64,000 nucleotides of DNA from a virus, in IMG/VR virus record IMGVR_UViG_3300044953_000102, positions 32,001-96,000 of that record; one strand, given 5' to 3'. The notes under the pieces are model-generated. The model was not told the origin of the DNA, did no database searches, and worked only from the letters and a program-made list of their open reading frames with translations. The position numbers were made by a program, and so were the translations under genes. This document shows positions 37,353-46,504 of the stretch, in pieces. Numbering within the stretch: position 1 is the stretch's first letter; the number at the start of each line of letters is the position of its first letter.

Positions 37353-38654
37353 ATGGCAACTAATAACTGTGGAAATTCAAATTGTGGATGCACAAATACA
37401 TATACTGTAACGGCACCATGTCCTCCTTCATGCCCTGAAGTATTTAATTCATCTTGTATTGTTTACACAGGTACTGATATTTTATGTAATCAAGATACTG
37501 TAATTAGCAGATATGATTATCTTGATACTATTATTACTAAACTAGTAAACTACATCTGTAGCGTTCAAGCTCCAGTAACAGTTGTAGTAGGATCTACTTA
37601 TGTTGATGTATCTCAAAATACAGTAGGTAATACAACTACATATACTGTATCTGTAGATATTCCTGCACTTCAAGCATATTTTGATATAATTATTTCTCAA
37701 ACAATTGCAGCTTCAATTTTTGAAGGGCCTGGTATTGATGTAAGTGTTAATCCAATTACAAATGCTGTAACTATTTCTCATGAAGATACATCAACTGTAG
37801 CAAACTTATCAAGCAGTAATTCAGGTAATACTTTTATTCAAGATATCTTCTTTACATTTGACACCTTTGGACATGTTACTGGTGCATCAGTTGTTCCTAG
37901 TTCTGTAACTCCTCCAAATGATTTTGATAGAGCTCAGATTAATCCTGATTTAGGATTTACATGGGGACCTAATAATGATCCAACTAATATTCAAATTGCT
38001 GATGCTCCTGGAGATACATTAAACTTTGTGGCTGGAACAGGTATTACACTTAATGCAAGTACTGTACCTACTACTGACGCAATTAGAATTACTAACTCTG
38101 ATCCAGGTTCTGCAGTTACACTTACTTCAGCCGGTGGTACAGAAACTTTAGTAAATAATGGTACAGGACCTGCTTTAGCAACAAAAGGACTTACTGCAGG
38201 AACAGGTATTTCATTAACTGGTACAGCAACTGCAATTACGTTGACTAATACAGATCCAGGATCTGCTGTTACTTTAACAGATGCTGGTACTACTGCACAT
38301 GAATCATTAGTAAATAATGGGGTTGGTCCAGCTCTAGCTACTAAAGGATTAAAAGCAGGTACTGGAATTTCATTAAGTGCTACTGGTACAGATATTACTA
38401 TTACTAATACCATTACTTCAGTTGTTCAAAAATACACAACAACAACTTTTCTTCCGGGAGCAGGTAGTGTTACTATCACACATAACTTAAACACACTAGA
38501 TATTGTTGTTGCTGTCTCTCAAGATGGAGTTCCTCCATTAAATGGTTTAGTACCTGGTGTTGACTACACTTACACCATTACAAGTTTAAATACAATAAAT
38601 GTTAATGATGCAGCATTTGGTGGTGGCTCTATTAGAGTTACTGTTATAGGATAA
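37353..38654 (+). CDS. tail fibre protein
   Basis: N-terminal SSCIVYTG anchor paralogous to the previous gene; AGTGI repeats; C-terminal ITHNLNT. Confidence 0.7.
   Translation: MATNNCGNSNCGCTNTYTVTAPCPPSCPEVFNSSCIVYTGTDILCNQDTVISRYDYLDTIITKLVNYICSVQAPVTVVVGSTYVDVSQNTVGNTTTYTVSVDIPALQAYFDIIISQTIAASIFEGPGIDVSVNPITNAVTISHEDTSTVANLSSSNSGNTFIQDIFFTFDTFGHVTGASVVPSSVTPPNDFDRAQINPDLGFTWGPNNDPTNIQIADAPGDTLNFVAGTGITLNASTVPTTDAIRITNSDPGSAVTLTSAGGTETLVNNGTGPALATKGLTAGTGISLTGTATAITLTNTDPGSAVTLTDAGTTAHESLVNNGVGPALATKGLKAGTGISLSATGTDITITNTITSVVQKYTTTTFLPGAGSVTITHNLNTLDIVVAVSQDGVPPLNGLVPGVDYTYTITSLNTINVNDAAFGGGSIRVTVIG
38099..38400 (+). repeat. internal tandem duplication in fibre gene
   Basis: DPGSAVTLT.AG...E.LVNNG.GPALATKGL.AGTGISL x2. 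Confidence 0.8.
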
Positions 38655-38689
38655 GGTTGCAGGTTTGTTGGTTTCTGTAACAAACAGAC

Positions 38690-38719
38690 AAGCCCTCACA
38701 CTCGTGGGGGTTTTGTTTT
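38690..38719 (+). terminator. intrinsic terminator
   Basis: AAGCCCTCAC-actc-GTGGGGGTTTTGTTTT. Confidence 0.8.
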
Positions 38720-38761
38720 ATTAGTATATTTGTTAAAGTCATTAATTTTTAGTATATTAAT

Positions 38762-39343
38762 ATGAGGGAATTTAATAAACCAAATGTAAAGGCTTCAAGG
38801 TATCGACCTGAAGTAAACACTATTTTAAACAAAGAGTTCTTTGAAAATTTTAAAAAGAAACATCCTAAGTATAAAGACTTAGATAATAAAATGCTTAGAA
38901 AAATTATTAAAAGGTTTAATCAAGTATTGCATCAAACAGTTATTGATACAAGGGATGGTGTTCAGTTACCCGAACAAATTGGTTGGATCTTTATTGGTAC
39001 TTGTGAGAGAAGTAAAAAGGACAATATTGATTATGCCAAATCAAACAAGTATGGTGTAAAGGTAACTAATAACAACTGGGACACAGATGGCAAACTAGCA
39101 AAAATATTTTTTACAAACTATGCTCCAAAACACAGAATGAAGAACAGAGAATTTTGGGGGTTTCAAGCATGCAGAGATTTTAAAAGAGCAGTAGCTAAAA
39201 CATATCCTGAAAATTGGAATATGTATGTACAAGTCTTACCAGAATCAAAAATTAATAAAGTTTATAATAGTGTACTTTACAAGGATTATATGAATAAAGT
39301 TAAAACAAAAGCTCTTAAGAGCTATAATGAATTTGACATATGA
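38762..39343 (+). CDS. crAss-like IHF-related protein
   Basis: GVQLP..IG.IFI, FQACR.FKR; precedes the tail tube genes. Confidence 0.5.
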   Translation: MREFNKPNVKASRYRPEVNTILNKEFFENFKKKHPKYKDLDNKMLRKIIKRFNQVLHQTVIDTRDGVQLPEQIGWIFIGTCERSKKDNIDYAKSNKYGVKVTNNNWDTDGKLAKIFFTNYAPKHRMKNREFWGFQACRDFKRAVAKTYPENWNMYVQVLPESKINKVYNSVLYKDYMNKVKTKALKSYNEFDI

Positions 39344-40002
39344 CAACAATAGGTGAAGCCGTATCAAGAGTTAGAAATGCATTAAAAGCTGTTAAGGAAG
39401 ATCCTTTCTTAACAGATAGAACTATTTATTATGCATTAACTAAGTATGGTCAGACACTTCTTAAAAGAGAAGACAATCAATTTAGACTAATGAAAATTAG
39501 TTCTATATTCAAGGTTCTTCCCTATATTGAACTTATTGATGTAGATAAAGTAGAAGCAGGATGTATTGGAGTATATTCTGGTTGTTACTTTAAAAGATCA
39601 AAAGAAAAACTACCTACTATATTTGATGGTGCTCTAGGTCCTATTATACGTACTGTGTCTTCAATAGATGGTACAATAGAAATGTTTAGAACTGATCCAG
39701 GTACTTGGATTTCTATAACTAAATCTACAACTTTTAAATATAATACAAGAAAATACTTTTGGTATTTAAACGGATACTTGTATGCACCAAATATTGATTG
39801 GGATGCTGTAAGAATGGAAGCAGTGTTTGAAGGTAAAGTAGATGCATGTGATACAGATCCTTGTCTTATTAGACAAGATGATCCACTTCCTTTTCCAGAA
39901 TATTTATTTTCTGAGGTAGAGCAATTTGTAATAAAAGAATTAACTATAGCTATGCAAGTACCTACAGATGGTGCTGATGATAGTCAAAATGTACTTAGAT
40001 AA
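39340..40002 (+). CDS. tail tubular/ring protein (putative)
   Basis: Synteny upstream of the stabilisation protein; YFWYLNGYLY. Confidence 0.55.
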   Translation: MTTIGEAVSRVRNALKAVKEDPFLTDRTIYYALTKYGQTLLKREDNQFRLMKISSIFKVLPYIELIDVDKVEAGCIGVYSGCYFKRSKEKLPTIFDGALGPIIRTVSSIDGTIEMFRTDPGTWISITKSTTFKYNTRKYFWYLNGYLYAPNIDWDAVRMEAVFEGKVDACDTDPCLIRQDDPLPFPEYLFSEVEQFVIKELTIAMQVPTDGADDSQNVLR

Positions 40003-41000
40003 TGGACTTTAACTATACTCTTAAATATAGAACATTTGACCAACTCTTGGAAGATGTAACTATTGACTTACATACTTTTGCTCTAGAAAATATGATAGAG
40101 CCTCAGCAACTTATAAAGCTTGTAAGAAAAGTTAATTATCAGTTAGGTCTTAGAATTAACCAAACAAAGGAAGTTATATTAGATGTAACTCATCACAAAG
40201 TAAAATTACCGGATGATTTTTATACATTCAATTATGCACTTATTTGTGGTGATTTTAAAGAAGTAATAGGTTATGATGGTATGGCTGGTGGTACAAATAT
40301 TCAAGAATTACCATATACTGATTGGCCAAATAATATTACAGAGTGTGGTTGTCCTGTAGATAACACATGTTGTTTAAATGGTAAAGAAGGAATATGCATT
40401 ACACATAATCCACAAGAACCATATGGTGATCCATTAGCAAAACCAAGGGTGTTTCTAAATTGTAAGAATGAGGCATATGAACTTATTCAAGTGATTAATC
40501 CAAGTGTAACTAGATTATTTAGATATCTCAAACCTTTGAGAATGAAATCTAGTCAAGAGATTGAATGTGAATGTCCAAATCTTTATTATAATACTGCAGA
40601 TCAAGGTTGGATTAAAGATGGATTTTTAAATACAACATTTGAATGTGGTAAAGTATATTTAAATTATCAGGGAGATATGACTGATGACAATGGACACTTG
40701 CTTGTTCCAGATCATGAGTTACTTAATGAATATTATGAGTATGCATTAAAATCTAGAATCTTTGAAAATTTATTTTTAAATGGTGAAGATGTTTCACAAA
40801 GAATGCAAGTTGTTGAAACTAGACTTAGAGAGGCTAGAAATAATGCTATTAGTTTAGTTAATACACCAAACTTTAGAGAAATGGAAAAACTTTGGTGGAC
40901 AAATAGAAAAGCAATGTATGGCAAGTATTACTATATGTTTATGAGCCATTCACCAAATAATCCATACATAAGAGGAAATACAAACAATAGAGTTCTTTAA
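40002..41000 (+). CDS. tail tubular/ring protein (putative)
   Basis: VKLPDDF, GKVYLNY...D.NG.LLVPD pattern. Confidence 0.55.
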   Translation: MDFNYTLKYRTFDQLLEDVTIDLHTFALENMIEPQQLIKLVRKVNYQLGLRINQTKEVILDVTHHKVKLPDDFYTFNYALICGDFKEVIGYDGMAGGTNIQELPYTDWPNNITECGCPVDNTCCLNGKEGICITHNPQEPYGDPLAKPRVFLNCKNEAYELIQVINPSVTRLFRYLKPLRMKSSQEIECECPNLYYNTADQGWIKDGFLNTTFECGKVYLNYQGDMTDDNGHLLVPDHELLNEYYEYALKSRIFENLFLNGEDVSQRMQVVETRLREARNNAISLVNTPNFREMEKLWWTNRKAMYGKYYYMFMSHSPNNPYIRGNTNNRVL

Positions 41001-41002
41001 TT

Positions 41003-44000
41003 ATGGCGAAATATCAAGGATTACAAGATACTAGCAAATCTTTTACTAATTCATTTACTAAAGGATTAAATAAAGACTCAGACCCTTCATTTGTACAAGA
41101 AGGGATGTGGACACATGCTATCAATGTTGTAAATAATACAATTGAAGGTGACGTAGGTACATTATCTAATGAAACATCAAATATCTTATGTGCCTCAGTA
41201 GGTAGATCAATGCCTGCAACAGTAACTGAAAAATTTATTCTGGGTGCAATTTATTTATACTCTGATAAATGGATAATTTATTCTGTAGGTTATAATGCAA
41301 TAGGATTAGCCGTTACTTCAGAAATAGGATTGCTTGAAGAAGATGTTTGTACATATAGAGAAATAGTTCAAGATCCTTGTTTAAGCTTTGATAAGCATTA
41401 CCTTATATCTGGAGCATCAAGGGAAAAAGAAGATTGTTCTTGGCAAGTATATTGGGCAGATGGTTTAAATCCAGATAGATTTTTAAATATAGGAGATCCT
41501 AAACTTTGGCCAACTCCAGATTATCAGTGGGTAGGGGGAACAATCAATATGAATTTCTATTCTAATGGTTCAGATACAACCTTTCTTTGGCCTGGAGTTC
41601 AATGGGAACAAACTTGTCCTACTCCTGCACCAGCTGGTGGTGGACCATATGTTTTAGATTGTGAGCATTGTAGAGATGTAAATAAATTAGATTGTCCTAA
41701 AACAAGAATTGCAAGACTAATGGAAACACCATGTCTTAATTTAATATTAGGTCAATCTGGTGGGACACTTGCCAACGGTACATATTTTGCAGTAATAGCA
41801 TATTCAATAAAAGGTCAAAAAGTAACTGATTGGTTTTCTCAAAGTAATTTTCAGTTTGTTTATACAGAAAATGACTTAGAGGGTTCTTTAACTGTTGAGG
41901 TAAGTGCTGACTCAGAAAATTTTGATGAGTTTATTCTAGCAATAGTAGAATCAACAAATCAACAAACAGTAGCTACACAGATGGGAATTTATTCTACTAA
42001 AACTAGTAGAATTGCTATTGATCAAATTAATCCAAGTAATATTAAAATCCCATTAGAACAAATACCCATACAAACACCAGTATTTGAAACATCTGATCAA
42101 ATGACAGATGTTAATGGATATTTAATGAGGGTAGGACCCAGATCTAAATTTGATTTTAATTATCAACCTCTCGCTAATTTAATTAGAGCTAAATGGACAA
42201 GTGTTGAATACCCGGCAGATTATTATGTAAAGGGTGGTAATAAAACAAATTATCTTAGAGATGAAGTATATACTTTTTATATAAGATGGATTTATGATAC
42301 AGGAGATAAATCAGCATCATATCACATTCCTGGTAGGCCCTCAAAGAATTTTCAAATTCCAGGAGGGATATCTATGGCTGAGACAGATTTCTTTAATGTA
42401 ACAAATGATAAAAACGTATTAGCAACAGATGACCAAGTATTTGAAGTATATAACACAGCTTCATTTAGTCCATATCCTACAACATTACCTGGAGCAACAC
42501 TTGTAAATGGTAAATGGGTTTTACCAGATGGAGGTACATTACTTGCTGTTGGTGAGATGGGTTATTGGCAATCATCAGAAAGATACCCAAATAATAGACC
42601 AGATATATGGAATCCAAGTAAATATTGTTGGACTGGTCCTGCTGCACAAATTCAACCTGGTCAAACAGAAGGTTACTATGATCTTTGTGGTAAAAACATA
42701 AGACATCATAAATTTCCAGAAGACTTTATAAATAATAGTGCTAATACAGAAGTAATGCACTTTAGACCTACAACAAATGCAGCAACATCTGGAGATGAAT
42801 ACTTTATAAGGATCATGGGAGTAATGTTTGAAAACATTATTCTCCCTAAAGATCAAGATGGAAATGATATTCCTGGTATTGTAGGTTATGAAATATTAAG
42901 AGGTTCAAGAGAAGGTAACAAAACTATTGTTGCTAAAGGAATGGTAAATAACTTTAGGACATTTGAGTTAAAAGGTGCACTTGCAAAAAACAGAACAGGG
43001 TTATATCCTAACTATCCATATAACACAATACAACCAATTGGTTGGTCAATAAATCAAAATGACCATAACTATAATGTGAATGATCCTTATATAAAAAATG
43101 TAGGTAATAATAATGATGTAGTTAATCAAGATATACCAACTGATATATTTACATTTCATTCTCCGGATACAATGTTCCGGACTCCGTTTCTTTCTACTAC
43201 AGAATTTAAACTGTATGGATCATTAAATGGGTATGCTGATATGAATTTTCAGGAACCTAATGGTCATCCTAAATTTAAACTGCTTTCTGATTATGTGGTT
43301 TTACCAATGATTATAGCTGGAGTTGCAGAAGCAATAATATCTATGATTGGTAGAAGAACTATTAATTCTCCAACTATTGTTCCAGGTTCAGGTGCAAGTG
43401 ATGCAGCAGGTGCTGCTTCTGCAGCAGCTTTAGCAGCAATGCCAATTGTTACTGGTGCAGCTGCGTCATACAATGCATTTATTGGATCATATTATAGTTC
43501 TGGTCAAGCATTAGCAGATGTTTTTTTAATGTTAGCTGGTGGATATGGTGCAACACAACTTTCAGCTTTTGATCAAGGTCTTGCTGCTGCCACAGCTGCT
43601 GCAGCTACATCAAATGTAGTAGTTCCTGCAACAATAGCTGGAACAATAGAATTACCAGATTTTGCATATTTAGATCCAATAACAAGAACTCTTGGAGCAT
43701 TAAATCAAATTGTATATTATTTTTCAGAAGGTGCAGATATTGCATTAAAAATATTTTATGCAATTACACCATATAGACAATATGCATTACAACAAGTAAG
43801 TCATGGATATTATAACACTATGTCTAGAATTTCTAATTCTTTATTGAAAAGATTTAGAATAGATGACAGTTTTTACATGAGAGATAATATTCAACAAGTA
43901 TCTAAATATCAAGATGTTACAACTGGTAATTATTATAATTATACAATTAATAATTTACAAAGATCTGATGCTGTTGTAATTAGAACAATGTCTGGTCCAC

Positions 44001-46504
44001 AATATTTGGGTGGTGTAAATATTGGACCACATCTAATAACATCAGGTTTTCAAGATAAATCACTAGTTACTTTAGGAACTCTAGTTCAAAATAGTTCTGA
44101 TCCTGCAATTTTACCAGGACTTCTTCCAGATTTTAATGATGATAAAAAAGACTTACCATTTAGTTTACAAATAGCAAGTCATTATGGTGCAATCAAAGGA
44201 AGAGTGAGAAATCAATATGGTCAATTGGGTAGTGAATTTCAAACAGTTATTACACCATGTGAACAAAAATTATCAAATTATAATGTACAACCTGCCGGGT
44301 GGATTTGTCCTACAATTAATGGACAAAATTATAGTGCAAATGTAATTACAAGAACTCCAATATTTTTTGGAGGAGATACTTATATAAATAGATATACGGA
44401 GAAGAACAACATGATGTTCTTTTATAATTGGTTATATGGACAACCAGATGGGTTTGAATATAACTACTTCTTATATAGTATGATACCAAGTGCAAGATTT
44501 GCTACAAATAGTATTGCATATGATCCAGGAGATTTAGCAGAAGTTTTTAATTTTAATTCTCCTGCTGTACCTGGTACAGGTGCATTTCCAGGAAGATTTT
44601 ATAATTTGGACTACTATGTACCAGGTATACTTGGTAATAGAAAATATAATTATAATGATGATACTAAAGGTGGTTCTCCAGGATTTTTTCCTTTTCAAAA
44701 TTTTGTAGAAAGAGAAAAAGGTTTATGGTCAGTAAGAGATGCATACTTTTATTTAGCTAACTCAGGAGTAAGGGATTTCTTTGTTGAATCTGAAGTACTT
44801 ATTGATTTTAGAAAACAAAGTACAAGAGAGGGTGGTAAACATTATGATCCTTATAAATATACTGATATTGAAGCTATGTTTGATATGAACCCAGATATTA
44901 TGGGTAGACTTAGTGAATATATCTATGATTACTCATTAAGTGTTTCTAAACTATACAATCAATATTTTTCTGTAGGTAGTTTACAATCAAGATATTATGA
45001 CCCAGAAGTAGCTAAATATTGTTACACATATTATCCAGATAGAATAATTTATTCATTACCTCAACAAGATGAAGCAATAAAAGATAGTTGGTTTATCTAT
45101 TTAGTAAATAACTATAAGGAATTTAAAGGGCAAATATCTGGTGTTAAGTCAATTAACAAATCTGGTATATTTATTACTTTTAAAAATGAAAGCCCATTAA
45201 TGTATCAAGGTGTAGATACACTTGAGACAGATTTAAATACTAAGATTACTATTGGGGATGGTGGATTATTTTCTCAGCCACAACAATCTGTTTCTAATGC
45301 CGATAAGGCATATGAATATGGATCATCACAAAATAGATTATCTGTAATATCTACACCAGCAGGTATATTCTATATGTCTCAAAATCAAGGTAGAATATTT
45401 AGTTATGGTCAAGGTTTACAAGAGATATCCCAATCAGGATTAAAGTGGTGGTTTATTTTATATATGCCATATCAATTAACTTTAGATTTTCCTGAATATC
45501 CTTGGACAGATAATCCTGTAGCTGGTATTGGATGTCAAGCAACTTATGACAGTTCTAGTGCAGTTCTTTATTTTGCTAAAAAAGACTACCGTCTTAAAAA
45601 AGAATTTAAAGGAAGAGTTACATATGAACCATTAGATAGAAAAGGATTTGGAGATGTTTTTATTCTTGATGGATCTAAAAATTCTAAATACAGACTAGGA
45701 GATCCTTATCTTTTTGATGATGCTTCTTGGACAGTGAGCTATGACCCTAAACAACAATACTGGGTAAGTTTTCATGACTGGCATCCTGATTTATTAATAC
45801 CAACTAAAGATATATTCTTAAGTACAAAAGGTAATGGTATATGGAAACATAATTTTATCTGTGATGGTTTCTGTAATTTCTATGGTCAACAATATGGCTT
45901 TGAAATAGAATTTCCAATTGTTACTGGTCAAACAGTAATGACCACTAGATCAATGGAATATATTTTAGAAGCATACAGAAGACGTGGTGATAGTTGTATA
46001 GATCAACATCATGTTCTTGATTACAACTTTGATACAGCTGTAGTTTATAATTCAGAACAAGTTTCCGGATACTTAAATTTAAATATATATCCTAAGAACG
46101 ATATTAATCTATCACTACAATATCCTAAGATAGGTACAAACCAGTCTTCATACGATATATTATTTTCTAAAGAAGAACAGAAGTATAGATTCAATCAATT
46201 CTGGGATATTACAAAAGATCGTGCAGAGTTCCCTATAGGTTCTAATTATCCTCCTACAGGTCCATTAGTTCCAGGTACTACTCAACTTCTTGGTAATTAC
46301 TCTTCTGAAAATACTTGGATTACAGCTGCAGATGGATACAGTAGAATATTAAATCCAAATAATATGGATTATAGTAAACCTGAATTGCAAAGAAAAAAAT
46401 TCAGACATTACTTGAATTTCTTAAATTTAAGAAAAGAGCAGTGTAATGATGTTAACGTCATACTCAAAATGTCAAATAGTAAAAATCAATATTCTTCAAG
46501 GTAA
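41003..46504 (+). CDS. tail stabilisation/nozzle protein (P22 gp10-like)
   Basis: KGLNKD.DP N-terminus, YLRDEVY.FYI, WTVSYD..W.SFH.W.P; 1833 aa. Confidence 0.75.
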   Translation: MAKYQGLQDTSKSFTNSFTKGLNKDSDPSFVQEGMWTHAINVVNNTIEGDVGTLSNETSNILCASVGRSMPATVTEKFILGAIYLYSDKWIIYSVGYNAIGLAVTSEIGLLEEDVCTYREIVQDPCLSFDKHYLISGASREKEDCSWQVYWADGLNPDRFLNIGDPKLWPTPDYQWVGGTINMNFYSNGSDTTFLWPGVQWEQTCPTPAPAGGGPYVLDCEHCRDVNKLDCPKTRIARLMETPCLNLILGQSGGTLANGTYFAVIAYSIKGQKVTDWFSQSNFQFVYTENDLEGSLTVEVSADSENFDEFILAIVESTNQQTVATQMGIYSTKTSRIAIDQINPSNIKIPLEQIPIQTPVFETSDQMTDVNGYLMRVGPRSKFDFNYQPLANLIRAKWTSVEYPADYYVKGGNKTNYLRDEVYTFYIRWIYDTGDKSASYHIPGRPSKNFQIPGGISMAETDFFNVTNDKNVLATDDQVFEVYNTASFSPYPTTLPGATLVNGKWVLPDGGTLLAVGEMGYWQSSERYPNNRPDIWNPSKYCWTGPAAQIQPGQTEGYYDLCGKNIRHHKFPEDFINNSANTEVMHFRPTTNAATSGDEYFIRIMGVMFENIILPKDQDGNDIPGIVGYEILRGSREGNKTIVAKGMVNNFRTFELKGALAKNRTGLYPNYPYNTIQPIGWSINQNDHNYNVNDPYIKNVGNNNDVVNQDIPTDIFTFHSPDTMFRTPFLSTTEFKLYGSLNGYADMNFQEPNGHPKFKLLSDYVVLPMIIAGVAEAIISMIGRRTINSPTIVPGSGASDAAGAASAAALAAMPIVTGAAASYNAFIGSYYSSGQALADVFLMLAGGYGATQLSAFDQGLAAATAAAATSNVVVPATIAGTIELPDFAYLDPITRTLGALNQIVYYFSEGADIALKIFYAITPYRQYALQQVSHGYYNTMSRISNSLLKRFRIDDSFYMRDNIQQVSKYQDVTTGNYYNYTINNLQRSDAVVIRTMSGPQYLGGVNIGPHLITSGFQDKSLVTLGTLVQNSSDPAILPGLLPDFNDDKKDLPFSLQIASHYGAIKGRVRNQYGQLGSEFQTVITPCEQKLSNYNVQPAGWICPTINGQNYSANVITRTPIFFGGDTYINRYTEKNNMMFFYNWLYGQPDGFEYNYFLYSMIPSARFATNSIAYDPGDLAEVFNFNSPAVPGTGAFPGRFYNLDYYVPGILGNRKYNYNDDTKGGSPGFFPFQNFVEREKGLWSVRDAYFYLANSGVRDFFVESEVLIDFRKQSTREGGKHYDPYKYTDIEAMFDMNPDIMGRLSEYIYDYSLSVSKLYNQYFSVGSLQSRYYDPEVAKYCYTYYPDRIIYSLPQQDEAIKDSWFIYLVNNYKEFKGQISGVKSINKSGIFITFKNESPLMYQGVDTLETDLNTKITIGDGGLFSQPQQSVSNADKAYEYGSSQNRLSVISTPAGIFYMSQNQGRIFSYGQGLQEISQSGLKWWFILYMPYQLTLDFPEYPWTDNPVAGIGCQATYDSSSAVLYFAKKDYRLKKEFKGRVTYEPLDRKGFGDVFILDGSKNSKYRLGDPYLFDDASWTVSYDPKQQYWVSFHDWHPDLLIPTKDIFLSTKGNGIWKHNFICDGFCNFYGQQYGFEIEFPIVTGQTVMTTRSMEYILEAYRRRGDSCIDQHHVLDYNFDTAVVYNSEQVSGYLNLNIYPKNDINLSLQYPKIGTNQSSYDILFSKEEQKYRFNQFWDITKDRAEFPIGSNYPPTGPLVPGTTQLLGNYSSENTWITAADGYSRILNPNNMDYSKPELQRKKFRHYLNFLNLRKEQCNDVNVILKMSNSKNQYSSR

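Noticed and set aside
37991-38413. Antisense and alternate-frame ORFs (also 1029..1238, 8847..9164, 14706..15089, 27190..27663, 46934..47341 and others)
   Set aside because: Shadows of real genes on the other strand or frame caused by codon bias
35610-38654. Diversity-generating retroelement targeting the fibres
   Set aside because: No reverse transcriptase and no TR/VR pair with adenine-specific mismatches seen; the duplication at 38099-38400 is an ordinary coding repeat
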